The position numbers were made by a program, and so were the translations under genes. A stretch of 62,855 nt of DNA, counting the filler, from Phoronis australis (taxonomy: Eukaryota > Animalia > Phoronida): NCBI GenBank assembly GCA_002633005.1. It is 7 parts of 7 records of this genome, joined end to end, with 100 filler letters (N's around TTAATTAATTAA, not from the genome) between each part and the next. Parts side by side here need not be neighbours in the genome. Positions count along the whole stretch, not along the records: positions 27,669 to 52,553 come from NMRA01001354.1; positions 52,654 to 55,394 come from NMRA01003455.1; positions 55,495 to 58,890 come from NMRA01003044.1; positions 58,991 to 62,855 come from NMRA01002802.1; 3 more parts are not named here. One strand, written 5' to 3'. The notes under the pieces were generated by a model. It had not been told where the DNA came from, ran no database searches, and saw nothing but the letters and a program-made list of their open reading frames with translations. Of this stretch, positions 50,180 through 62,855 are shown piece after piece; positions within the stretch are counted from its first letter, which is position 1, and every line of letters starts with the position of its first letter.

Positions 50180-53100
50180 CTGCTGATTGTTATGAACCAA
50201 CAAACGAATATATAATTTTTATAGATCGTTTGGACTGATTGCTTATTAAAAACAATTATTTTCAAGACTGATGAGAATTACTTTTAAATCTGACTGCTTA
50301 CAGGGTGTATTTATCAGAAATCTTTTGAATAGGTTTAGTGTTAAACAAAAGACTTAAACTTGCGTGTTTATATGAATAATTAAGTACAGGTAAATTTGAA
50401 GGTGGTAATGCAGTGGAACATGATATATAAATAATGTCATTGCCATATCGTCATTGTGCTCCTTTTTGCATGCAAACGATGATTGACGTGGCTTTCAATT
50501 AGAATTATTAGTCCCTAAGTGACCCCAAAAAGGGTTAAGTGCTGCGTCAGGTCCTAGTAAAAAGTGTCTAATCAATTAGAAGAGGTCGAAAAGTCAACGC
50601 ATTTCAAACTAAGCAACCTATAATAAATTTAACTTCCCTGAAACTAACACACGTATTGTTATGACACATATATGTAAATTTAAGTAAATCGTGTTCATTA
50701 ATATTTTGCTTATAGCCTGTGTATCTACAGATTTACAATCAGTTTAGGCATACGTGTCCTAATATTCCATGAGGTATACCAGGGGACCGTTTTTAGAAAA
50801 GTCTACAGATGTCTTGATAGTGACTATTGCGCTGTGGGCTGATGTTGAGCATTGGCATTGGGCAGGGATGGTTTTGGGTACAAGTTGATAGGTTTTGCGG
50901 TCCACGACCTGTTATCTGAGGGTGGCTTTATTCTCAGTAGAGGTGACAGATCCACAATATGAGACAGAATAAAGGTTTCTTTGCTCGTGTGTTGCTCTTG
51001 CGATTGGTTAATTGACTCACAGCTCTTCATTTTGTTCATAGATTTTTTTGACTGATTGGAAGAAAGCCGGCAAGTGACGTGTTCACCGTCCAGGTGAAGC
51101 TCGGTGAAAACCGTTCAATTCCTGCAAACCTGATCAAAACTGCTGATTACCACGATTGCTGTATGCTGACAAATTGATCAGTGCTCGTAAAGTGGCACAA
51201 ATAGAAACTAAACGCTGATCGGTATTTGGGAACTTTCCGATTAAACATCACTGATCGAGCTCACAACCGTCATAGGTACTATTTGCTACGATGGACCCAG
51301 TAAGTGATTTTTCTTCTTCATGTTGACTTATTCTGATTAAAATCATTTTCAATGACCCCCTTCTCCTGTTTTCAACTATTCCCCACCTGTGTAGCCCTTT
51401 TCCGATGTTGCTACTAAGGCACAATGGTCCTAGAATGAAATTTCGTACTTTTGGTGGTGTTTGTTACATGTAATTGTTGTAACAAGTTCATGTCATTGAT
51501 TAATACATTTATCACACATACGTGTTGAAACACGCGTATGATAAAGGATTTATCTAGTGGCATGATATGATACAACTACTTTTCCATATCAGGTCATGAA
51601 CTGATAGGTACAGTTATTACCTGCTAAAATCTACATCGTAAGCAGATTGATTAAAGCCTGATGTACATAAGCTACTGCAGTGGAATAAAGAAAGATGTAT
51701 TTATAGCCCCAAATCAAGGTACTACTCTGGTGTTCTAAACAACGAAATACTTAAAATGTATATCAGTTAACGTCGCTTCACTCTATACATTGATCAAACC
51801 TCGTTTAATACATGTAGCCGCACGAGTTTCGGAAATTAAGATGTTGCAACCCGGGTATTTCAATTGCGTCTTGTGCCTTTAGCGACACATTATCGCCGCC
51901 TCGCTCAACACCGACATGTTTGGCGAATGTGCACCTAAAAAGTCACCTGGGTATGCGTGCTAGATATGACTAGCCCTCGCTCAAATACTTTTGCAAATCA
52001 CGAATCTCCTATAATAACCCAGTTATCACCAGGTGCGTTATGTAACATGTATGTACACTGTAGCAACTATACATATACATGTATACGCATATCAATTAGA
52101 ATAACAATATGTATGCATGTACAGGAAATGGGATTGTTTGCCACATAAGAAAGAGAAGTGTTAACAATAGACAAATCAACTAACCATTAACTTAGAATTG
52201 ATCTCGTATGTTGCTTTTGCAAATTCAACTGATACTGAAGGAAATTCCATGAAGATTAAATTTTCGACTTCGTGTTGCTTTTCTACATCCACATGCATCT
52301 CATTGTAACGACTAGTTCTGTTAGTATCGAATATTTTAATGAAATATTAATTCAAACAGCGGTACACTAAACAAGCATACGTGGTTAAATTTCCTCATAA
52401 TTAACGCTGACAAATTTCGTGATTGATGCCAATTTCATAAAATATATAGTTGCTGCTTTTTATTATGTTGTGGAAAACGTGGTTAATGGTTTTAATTAAG
52501 TTCAGGGCAAATAATATTGGCCGATGTAAATACATGGTGAAACATTTCTCGGTNNNNNNNNNNNNNNNNNNNNNNNNNNNNNNNNNNNNNNNNNNNNTTA
52601 ATTAATTAANNNNNNNNNNNNNNNNNNNNNNNNNNNNNNNNNNNNNNNNNNNNCATTGAACAGCCGTTCTGTTTCTACTTTGGGCCTAACCCAGAACCTT
52701 GAAATAGGCAGGTCAATATATCATACTGCCTACTCGCCAACTGTCGCACTTTTGGCAGGGTCATTCCGCTTTTGGCAGGGTCTTCCCACATTTCGAAGCT
52801 TTGTACCACATCTCACCACAGCATCAGTTTGTCTGGCTTTCTGATGCACTCGATAATATTTCATTGTGTTAATCTGTGGCTGCGTATTTTCATGCTTTTA
52901 TGCACTATATACACCCAGTTTTATTCCACAAGCACATCTGAAGAGAGAAAATCCGGATTTTTTTTGGTTTTGCAGTGGATGTTTGCCCCATGCAGTATGG
53001 CGTAGATCCAGGTGTTCCCCTTTTTTCATTTTCAAATGTTGACAACTATAAGACTGCCATCAAAATTTTCCTTGCCATGGTTAAATGTCTACTTTCAGAA

Positions 53101-53186
53101 GGTATTGGCCTATTCTAGCCTGTCCAGGTAGCTTCTTGCCTTGGGTATACTCTGAATGATCTGTTTGGAGATGGGCATCAGGAGAT

Positions 53187-53416
53187 CAGGGCTTGGAATT
53201 TTCCTCTTTTAGAAGGATTTCCTCTTTTTGGTTTGAATTCTTTCTTATTTGATTTACAGTTTCTTCTTTTTTCGTCTTTTTTGTCATTATTTTGGCTTTA
53301 TTCATGCAAAAACGTTTATTTCACTTAAATTTTGCAACACAAAAAATATTGCATTCACACAAGCCTATTTCTTTAGAAAATGTTCCTCTTTTTGTCATTG
53401 TTCATTCCAAGTCCTG
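53187..53416. mobile_element. hAT-like MITE
   Basis: CAGGGCTTGGAAT ... ATTCCAAGTCCTG TIRs and internal TTCCTCTTTT repeats. Confidence 0.6.
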
Positions 53417-54697
53417 GGAAACGTTGGAGACGCCTCTTGTGTGTTCTGCTAACAAGGATTTTACATTTTAAGTAGTAAAATGAAAGTGGATTTCCTAACT
53501 TGAAGATTACTGAACCTGGACTGGATAGGAAGTCTCAAAACAAACTGACATGCCTATTCCTATTCTTCACTGGTGTGTAAAAGTAGTTTTTGCCTAAAGT
53601 TATCCACTATATAATTGTTGGTGTCTGCTTTTGAGGTATATGTGGTCTTGTGGATAAACTTACTGATGGGTGTCCTTTAACTGTATATGGGATAAACGTT
53701 GTTGTCAAAGTTATGTGTTGTTGAGCCATCAATTGTCAATTATTTTGTAATTAAAGGTAATTGTATGACTTATTTTTACTCAGAATATATTATTTATTGA
53801 AAGCCAATGTTGGTGTTCATGTTACCTGCAGGAGTTTTGAAACATTGGAGTAAAAATTGCTGTTAACCAAGATTTTTGTGTGCACAGGTTAAATATTCTA
53901 ATTTTCGGTTTTAATCCAGTTTGATTTAGAAATGTAGCGTGTGCAGTGTCAGGCATCTGACTTTCCCATACATCGTTTCATAACCTCGTGGCGAATAGTG
54001 AAACTTTGGGAATGAGGGTAGTCATGTTTAGCATGTCATTTTTTAAATCAAAAATGTAAAAGAAGAGTTTGTTGAAAAAACTAAAGATCCACAGAGGTTT
54101 CGGTAGTATTCGACCTTCTCAAGTTCAGAATAAGAGGGGATCTAATGTGTTTTACAAACTCGGTAACGGCTCTTTTACCATTGGTTTTGTTAAATCTTAG
54201 TTATTTCACTCTTTTAAAACGTGACGTCTGAAACTCTGGTCATGCCGTAAAAAATACGCCTTGTCTTCGCCTAACCTGTGGCACTGTAGGAGATATTCAC
54301 ATGTGCAGATAATAAATTCAGTGTAATATTCAAATCCTTCACTCGAGACATCCGTTGACAAAGGAGTCTCCAAAAGCCATATGACCATTTTGTAAACGTA
54401 GTCTTCTACGTGACGTGCAAAATGGTCACTTGTTCAGTTTTATACTTCGGTTGTACGGAGCGGAGGAAGTGAATGTCGCTCAAACTAAAACATTATTATT
54501 TTTGCTAAAGCTTCACCGACGGTTTGCCGTTGAAGTGGTCAAAACGCAAAACTGGTGATCGAGATCTCAATATTAGGTGACCAAAATGCCGGGGGCGTAG
54601 GCCTACTGATCGAGTTCCATGTCACCTTTCGATGGGATTTCTGTCTTCACTGACAGGAACTCAATTTCAGTAGAGTGAACCTTTTTGCTTCTCAACC

Positions 54698-54931
54698 CAG
54701 AGGCGCGGATCTACGGGGGGAGGAGTCAGGGGGTTCAACCCCTCCCCCTCGGGACAGGATCAAATATAAAAATTTTAAAAAATGTCGACAGGAAAACAAA
54801 ATCAGCTTCTAAAAACAAACAAAATCTTACACGGGAGGGGGCGAACCCTCTCCCGACCTTCCCTCCGCTCCGGCGCCACACGCCTCGGATTCCCGCGAAT
54901 CCCCCTTACTGAAAACGTAGATCTGCCACTG
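54698..54931. mobile_element. hAT-like MITE; a partial inverted relative is inserted at ~33989-34120
   Basis: CAGAGGCGCGGATCTACG ... CGTAGATCTGCCACTG. CAGTGGCAGATCTACG at 33989 begins a homologous fragment. Confidence 0.6.
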
Positions 54932-56359
54932 CAATCCTCAGGACATTGACATGTGTACTTGCACCGTTTTCGCAATTTGAGGGACTACTGCCGGACCCGC
55001 AGTAAACTCCGAAGCGAGATTCCAGTCACCCCACCGGCGGTAAGTGAATATTACCAGGAATTATATTAGATCGAATTTATGATCACTGTAAAAGGTACAA
55101 TTTGATTTCCGTTTTTACGACCAGCTAAAGAGAGTCAAAAGCAATTCAGTTCAATTCATTTAAATTAAATTCACCACTATCATGGACTAGGCTATACCCC
55201 GACACATGAGCAATAAACCAATCATAAAGTTGTCTGAATTCGTCAAATATAGTTGACATAATCAGAGTACTACTGTAAGCGGTTAAAGTCACAAAATGCA
55301 ATGTACTGGTTGGCGGCTAATAGACCGGCAGCCCAGAGCACTTAGCATAGATGAACGAGGTACCAACATCTGACCACGGGAGTATTTAAAGTCCNNNNNN
55401 NNNNNNNNNNNNNNNNNNNNNNNNNNNNNNNNNNNNNNTTAATTAATTAANNNNNNNNNNNNNNNNNNNNNNNNNNNNNNNNNNNNNNNNNNNNCCTGAA
55501 ATTTGGTGAACACTGTTGAATCGTGCAAAATAGTAAGTAATGATATGTCTAACTAAATTTCACCGTAATTTGTTGGCGAAAACAATTTACACAAAGTTTT
55601 AAACTCGTAACTTATCCCGCTGTCCTCCAATATGGCCGACGCGATCTAAACAAAGTGACCCCAATTTCGCCACAAAAATTGCAATATCTCTACTAACAGT
55701 GCTTGCCCCGATTTTGATACTTTTTTGATTTTTTCTGAGTAAAATGCACTAACTTTCCGATGATAGCAAAGTACTTTTTCGAAACTAGAAAAAAATGAAA
55801 ACGAAAAAAAGATTGGTTCGACCCATATTGGTTCCTAGGTTCGACAGGCCTACGTAAGGAACTAAACACCAATGCTGTTTTACCATAATAAGTACGCGTA
55901 ACATTCTAAAAAAATTCACCGACCACTAACTATAAATACACTACACACACAAACGAATCACGAGATATTACTAATTAAACAAAATATTGAAGACTTTTCG
56001 AGTACATTCAGTTACAAGGAAAAAATGGCGGCGTTCAGGACAAGTTCCTGAACTGATGAGCCAGAAATGTGGTACGGAAATAACCGATGACAGCCAGTAA
56101 TTATACGCTCACAGAGAAGGGACAAATACTGTTAAAAAATCGCTTTTGGCAAGAAAGGCGAAAAGAATATAAAGAGAGGGTGTCGAAAATAAGATTTTAT
56201 GTACTAGTAAGTATTTTCGGATACTGGAACCACATGGGCAGTTTGAGAGCAGGACTTTAAGATAATAGTTTGTTACATTTTGTGTGTTTTAAACTGCAGC
56301 AGAAATCAAAACTATTTTTCAATGACAATGAATATAAATTTTTCCAGTCATCAGTTCAA

Positions 56360-56671
56360 AGGTCATTAACAAACCGACCACCACCACTAACATACCGTAT
56401 GTCTATAGGTATTTCAGTGAGTAGGTCATTAATAAACAGACCACGACCAACTAACATACTGTATGTCTATAGATATTTCAGTGAGTAGGTCATTAATAAA
56501 CAGACCACGACCAACTAACATACTGTATGTCTATAGGTATTTCAGTGAGTAGGTCATTAATAAACTGACCACGACCAACTAACATACTGTATGTCTATAG
56601 GTATTTCAGTGAGTAGGTCATTAATAAACTGACCACCACCACTAACGTACTGTCTGTCTATAGGTATTTCA
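56360..56671. repeat. 64-bp minisatellite x~4.9
   Basis: aggtcattaataaacagaccacgaccaactaacatactgtatgtctataggtatttcagtgagt at 56360, 56423, 56487, 56551 and 56615. Confidence 0.95.
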
Positions 56672-56809
56672 CCATACGGTTATGCCATAAATATGTTGAG
56701 AGTATATTATTTCCATCTTTATGGGGCTGTTATGAAAATGGACCACTGTACTATATGCTCCTAGGTGGGTAGATACAACACTAAATGACACAGTGGTACT
56801 GATGATACA

Positions 56810-56890
56810 GCCATGGTGCAGCGGTGGCGGCGCACCGCCATGGTGCAGCGGTGACGGCGTACCGCCATGGTGCAGCGGTGGCGGCGCACC
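56810..56890. repeat. 27-bp GC-rich tandem repeat x3
   Basis: gccatggtgcagcggtggcggcgcacc repeated three times. Confidence 0.9.
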
Positions 56891-59800
56891 GACGATCCCG
56901 CTTTGTTCCCAATAGCACCCGCTGACCACCGGTGCCAGTGGGAAGAAAGCATGTTCGGTATTTTTTAAAAATTTTTACGCCCAGTTTGGAACCCTGACTG
57001 TAAACCGTGGGCTGTCAGGTTTATTGAGTTTTGTTTCTGAACTTAAGTGAAAGGTTTACACATTTATTTTCACCAAATATATTACATTTTGGATTGTTTG
57101 TAAATTCTTGTTAGTCTTGGTACTCTAGGGAATATTGAAGGGTGACAAGCTTGATCGTAGACTTTCAGAGATTTTGTCACACAGCCTTTCAATTGCACAG
57201 GGCTCGACATAACGAGCTGCAGGTCGCATTTGCGACCTGAAATTTGGAAATGCGAGCTGAGATTTTTGTCAGGTCGTATCAAATCGCAAAATGCGACCTG
57301 AATTTCCAACGAATGCGAGCTTAGTTTTTACACTTCTCAACAGATACCTGGCAAATACAAAACAGCTCTTGTTAATCCGACCGTTATTTGGTTGTTGCCA
57401 ATTCCAAGTTCAAAAGAACACTAACCGAGAACAGCCCTCCCAATGACTTGCAAGCAAGTCGCGTGAACATGGGATATGCAGAATCGATCTTTGACGCGTT
57501 TCATTGGCTAACACTTTCGGCCACTTTTGTAAATTTCCGGATTCGCCGAAGAAAGTTTCGGGCCACTGCTTTACACGTGATAAAACTTCACAAAATAATG
57601 GTGTTTCTATTAATTCTTAAGCGATCAACTTACCAAACTTTGTGGTGGACAAAAATATTTATTTTTCACAGAAGATGTCCTTATTACATGTACCAAATAT
57701 CCATGACAATATCCCTGATAACGCACTGCGGCACCGTTAACGCGCACGCAGTCCCGGCAGACAATCGTGACTTAGACTGAGATGTGCTTCTCCTTTTTAT
57801 CGTATTAAGACAGCCAAAGTGAAAATGACAACCTTATTAATCGCCAAACGACGGTCTTGTATTTACTTTCAGTTGCCAAGAAATTCACAAACCCTTTACT
57901 TGTTTCTGGGGCTACGTGCGCAAAATATGATTTGTCTTTCACACGTTGTTGCCATCGTAAAGTGTAGGCCTACTCCAGCGATCCAAGTGCGTGAACTCAC
58001 GCATGCACCACTTCAAAGAACAGCGACAGCTCTAAATGAAAGAGTATACCGTCTTGGCTCTGGTTTATTTGGAATTGAACTCAGATACCAAGCGGTTATA
58101 AAAGACCCGATGTCCCGGGACCGATATAACCCAGAACTGAAGTTTTCCTGTTACGATGTTTCCCGAGGTCGATGTTCTGTAAACCCTGTATTCTATGCCC
58201 GTAGCCAGCTATTGCAAATTGCAACTAAACTGGCACTAGATGCGAAATTGTGGTTCAAGTTANGTTGAAGTTATTGAACATTTCATTCTTCTCTTTATCC
58301 CCCCCCCCCCGGCAACTTTTCGCTCCCCGAACCACCGTCGCCGTAAAATGTTCAGACTCCTATAGAAACAACCTTGTTCCGGCTGAAGCGGGCAGTTAAA
58401 AACAAAATCATTCCGGGTGGCTAAAAAGGTACAATGTAGGTGGTAACAATATCCAGAAAGTCACCCCTACTAGATGGAGTTTGCCTCGCAAAATCGTGTT
58501 ATAATAACGTTTCTTACCATTACAGCGTTTTAATATCTTATTACCGCAAACACTGAGGTTAACGACTATGCTCACGCACAAGCCTACTCCCTACCTTTAA
58601 AGTGTTTCATAATAAGCGCTCACTGATCTACATGTATTAAAAGTCTCCCCTTAAATTTTGAGAATTTCCAATTATGCGCCCACAGTTCAAGCGCACTACA
58701 AACGACCGCGTGTAGTTTAAAATTGACACGCAGCTTATATGGTGTGTCACTTTCATTTTACACAACTTGAGTTTTCAAAAACGTCTTTCCACAATATGTA
58801 AAAACCAAATCCCGGCTTTGTTTTATACCTCGGAAAGAAAGTTAACACTAGTGACATGCGTGTCGTTTTGTGACTGACCTATTTTTTCCGNNNNNNNNNN
58901 NNNNNNNNNNNNNNNNNNNNNNNNNNNNNNNNNNTTAATTAATTAANNNNNNNNNNNNNNNNNNNNNNNNNNNNNNNNNNNNNNNNNNNNATTCAGTCAC
59001 TGTGAATTCGGAAAATGTAATATATTTTCGTGGTTTTAAAATTGATACAAGTAGCAAAACAGTTTCATGAAATCAACTTGAAGGGACTTCGTGAAGGTTA
59101 AGAATTACCTCACCATGCTCTTTTCCCCAAACATGTATTACCTGTTATTTCCACACATTCAGTTGTACCAAATATTACAACCCCAAACGCCAATTCCCCC
59201 TCAGGTCCTGAATAAGTAATTTAACAAAAGGACTTTAAAAATAGCGGTTCCTTTTCAAAGGCTTTGTTCGTTGTCTCCAATATTGAAAGTAGGCTTTGAC
59301 AACAGATCTGCACTGGATGGGAAGATCTTGTTGATTAGCTACAGTCAAAAGCTAAAAACCAATTTTTGTCCATTCAGGGACGGTGCAGAAGCGATGCATA
59401 TCTCCTCTGCACGGTACAAACCTTCAAACCTAAAAACCAAAGGTTACGTGAAAACTGACGTGGTAGATTTCCATTTCAATGTGTAATAGATTTCCAGAAG
59501 ACATATGACAGGGAGTAAACAAATAGTCTAATGCAATGGATATTTATCACCCACGTACCCTTTGCCATTGGGATTGGATTGTAATCTTAACTCATTAACC
59601 TGTATCGAGTTGACAGCATAAACATTCAGCATTGATTGATGTAACTGTCACTGATAAACTTTTAGAAATCATTCCAAACAATAATAATGCTTTGATGTAC
59701 GAAAAGATCCCGATTGCTACGTCAAGTATCGTATCACATATCACAACATACAAAGATTAACCAGACTCTGNAGACAGGATTGTTTGCCCTCCAGGATTGT

Positions 59801-60404
59801 CTGCCCTCCAGAGCCGTCTGCTTCACTGAGTTGGATCAGCTATGCATTTGATGTCGCCATTAGCAATTTACTACCAGTGATTGAATTAGTGGAAGCTGTG
59901 ATGTGTGAATTGTAATTCATTTCATAAACATAAGTTTACAGGGTGTCCCAAAAATCTGCTCACACTTCAAATGACAATAACTGTGCTGTTTATTGACTTG
60001 GGAACAATGTTTCTTGTTTAAATCGATAAAGAGGTAAACGGAATTCAGCCTGTAAGTCAGAATAAGTAGGTTGTTTGTTCACTTGATATGACGATGAATT
60101 CTCTTTACACTTCTCTGCGTGTTTGAGTTGCCAGTAACATTGAACGATAAATTTTCGTTCTCAACTGAGTTGTTTGTTATTCCTGTAGATACGTAGCATG
60201 TGATGACTTACATGCCAATTGTCACAGCATTTTGTAACCATGTAGTAGACCTGGGTTCAGAGTCTGTCCAAGGTTACTGAATTTGAACTTCCAGCGTTGC
60301 ACTGTAGTATAAGTACATTTCTGAAACACTATGTTCACAATTATAAATAATGTTATCGCTCATTGACATCGTATCTGGCTAACATGTGAATTATCATCAC
60401 CCAG

Positions 60405-60574
60405 GAGACACAGATGGCACTGCTGAAGATACAATTGAGTTTGAGCTGAAAGTGAAATGCACTAAGAATCCCAAAGCACCAAAGGATGCGTCGGATCCCG
60501 ATGAACTCTACCTCAACCACAAGGTGTACACGAAACACTTTAAGTGGATACCAGTTGGCAACCAGGCAGAAATA
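60405..60574 (+). CDS. POLR1C: RNA polymerase I/III subunit RPAC1 (RPC40), internal exon
   Basis: [23 protein letters not shown]...[28 protein letters not shown] matches POLR1C; cccAG and GTAAGA boundaries. Confidence 0.93.
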
Positions 60575-61368
60575 GTAAGACAGCGGTGTCTTAGTAATTT
60601 TGACTGGGGTGGGTATGAAGTTGGTGGTGTCTGCCTGAGAGGAATTTTCCCTTCACCCTGAAAAATTCACCTCAGAAGCACAGGCACCCGTCCCCTCTGG
60701 TGAATGAGGGCCCTGTCATATCACACTGATCAACGCATTTCTGTGTGTTGTAATACCTCTGCAGCTGACTGAATTTGATTAGGGGTTGATGACCGGTTTT
60801 CCAGTGGGGAGAAATCAACTGTGTTGACTGCAATGGGATGTGCTTGTTTTTGATGGCATTTTTCAATGGGATGTGCTTGTTTTTGATGGCATTTTTGTTG
60901 AAAATGGTATGTAATTAAACATTGTTGTTTTGGGTGTATCATGCCATCTTTTGATTGAATTTTGAACTTTCCTATAACTGTTGAAAATTGTTTTCACATA
61001 CAAAATAAGGATTTTTAGTTCAAAGGTTACTGATTATGTGGCAATTGGGTTAGCAGCCGTGGAAAGTTATCTTCGCTGTGAAAGAAAACATCAATAATGA
61101 AGTTTGTATGGATCATGAACAAACAAGTTACTGTTTACCAGCTAAGCATTATGATTTAGAGGTGTAATTTGAAAAAAAAGTAATTGAATCTGTTGAAAAT
61201 TTTCATTTCTTCTGGCATTTCAACACAGAAATGATTGCCTTAAAACAAGGTATTAAATTGAATTTTCCGAGTTCAGGCTCAATTTTTATGTTTTTGTTGG
61301 TGAGATACAATTTTTCAGGTATTTTGTTTGCTTGAATAATTTTGCTGTCTTTGTTCACTTCCTTCCAG

Positions 61369-61501
61369 TTTAAAGAAGGTGACATAACTCCAGTTCACGA
61401 CGACATTCTCATTGCCAAAATGAGGCCAGGTCAGGAGATTGACCTAAAAGTTCATTGTGTCAAAGGCATTGGGCAGGACCACGCCAAGTTCTCTCCAGTC
61501 G
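61369..61501 (+). CDS. POLR1C: RPAC1 internal exon
   Basis: [44 protein letters not shown]; ccttccAG and GTGCGT boundaries, phase 0 in as required. Confidence 0.95.
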
Positions 61502-62517
61502 GTGCGTATGTACTGTGTTTGTTGTTTGTCTTAAGGTACAATCTGTAGCCCTGCAAATATACGATTGGTTTGATGTGTTGCAAACCTCTGGTAGATTCCT
61601 ACTGTGCAGAAACAGTTTGGCTGCATGATGCCAACAAAAGAGGGACAAAATTACACTTTATATCTTATCTCGCGTAAGGTCATGTTATGAAACAATATGT
61701 CGGGCAAGTGAGTCAGTTATATTTTTTCATTTTTTATAAAAATATGTGTCACCGGGTAACTGCTTTGTTGATTTACGGTCTGCACCACTGCTACCATATG
61801 ACAATGTTTGGAGAAAGTGTTGACATCCAAAACAATGCTGTCGGTCTTCGTAAAATGAAAAGTGCAGCAATTTTAGCTATTATGTTTGCCTAAAATTGGT
61901 GTCAGAGATTTTACCACTAAACAGACAATGTTTTGAGAAATTCTAGACATTTCAACTACGTTAGAAGCCTTTGAGAATTCTTTTTCTTAAAAATCCTGTG
62001 ATATGTTACCATAACCTGGATTTGGACCTATTGTTCATAGTTACAGATGCCAAATGCAAGCAGCTGCTTTATTGGTTTTCGAGGATTTCTTGTTAGTTGC
62101 TACAGTGTCAAAATTTTTCCTGAATATTTGGCCAATATTCTTGACCAGCATCATGTCTTAGCGCTTGCTAATAATATGGGTGGACACTTGATGCTAAATT
62201 CACATTTGAGAGAATTGATCAAGCGAAATGCCATTGAGATGGTGTAAAGGGTGGTTGGTGAAAAGAACCAAGAGCTACCTCAGAATGTATCTGAGTTCAG
62301 CAAATCTTTCTGCAATGGCAAAATGCTGAGGCTTCTCCATGACAAACTCATGCTCTGAAAACTTGAACACTATTTTTGCCTATAGCAATAAAGTGTAATG
62401 AAATTCCATTGTTTTGCTTTGGTCAACCATGCAAAATGTACATTCAGTTGCTGTTAGCGAATTACCAAGAAGGGCGATGTGTATGGGACAATGTTAGTTT
62501 TGTGCTCTTTTAAATAA

Positions 62518-62825
62518 TTTTTATGCGCCCACATATTTATATGTGGACACATTATGCCATCATCTCCATCCGTCCCTCCGTCTCCATCCACTGCTCTATC
62601 TCCAAAACGCCTTGACATATGTTCATGAAATTTTGCACGTGTTTTTTCCTTGGATGGGACAGCATGAGCGAACTTTCGGACGGATCCGACTACCTGTGTG
62701 CCCCCTGAAATTCTCCCAGATACCTTTTTTGAGTTTGGGTTGCGCATTGCTGAGTAGCATCTGCGTGCACCCAAGGGGTTCGGGAGGCGAATGCGCAATG
62801 CATAGGCCTTGAACAAACCTTGTTT
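62518..62825 (+). mobile_element. Non-autonomous Helentron-associated (HINE/DINE-1-like) element
   Basis: T-run start TTTTATGCGCCCAC..GTGG hairpin, then an (RTCC)n-like microsatellite, a 'catgaaattttgcac' core, and a T-rich end. Confidence 0.55.
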
Positions 62826-62855
62826 ATGTTTTTTTTTAACTAATAAGGTCCGGAA

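Noticed and set aside
56669-56952. ORFs with GAPPPLHHG / AVRRHRCTM repeats
   Set aside because: Produced by the 27-bp tandem repeat; no splice or homology support.

Overview
AT-rich, intron-containing animal genomic DNA, probably from a marine invertebrate. It comes from a fragmented assembly with six artificial 100-bp linkers (N44-TTAATTAATTAA-N44) and two plain N gaps, so long-range adjacency is uncertain. Host genes seen as spliced exons: (i) two SAMHD1 HD-domain exons (453-500 and 3789-3915, cut by a gap); (ii) a minus-strand gene with an initiator exon (MADQEDAAED) and tandemly duplicated acidic 183-nt exons; (iii) a four-exon FAM111-like trypsin-fold protease with an intact His/Asp/Ser triad (44017-46770), preceded by an ankyrin-repeat exon; (iv) two POLR1C/RPAC1 exons (60405-61501). 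A GC-rich contig (24195-25481) is one intronless ORF joining a C2H2-like zinc finger to a TatD nuclease domain, probably mobile-element cargo. The rest is mostly transposon debris: a TA-flanked TIR family (three copies, one nested inverted inside another), pogo/Tc2-, Harbinger-, hAT- and MULE-like MITEs, a Tx1 LINE relic, a Penelope end with a minimal hammerhead ribozyme, head-to-head tRNA-like repeats, a ~140-bp motif-conserved array, minisatellites and local segmental duplications. All assignments are by eye; no searches were run.
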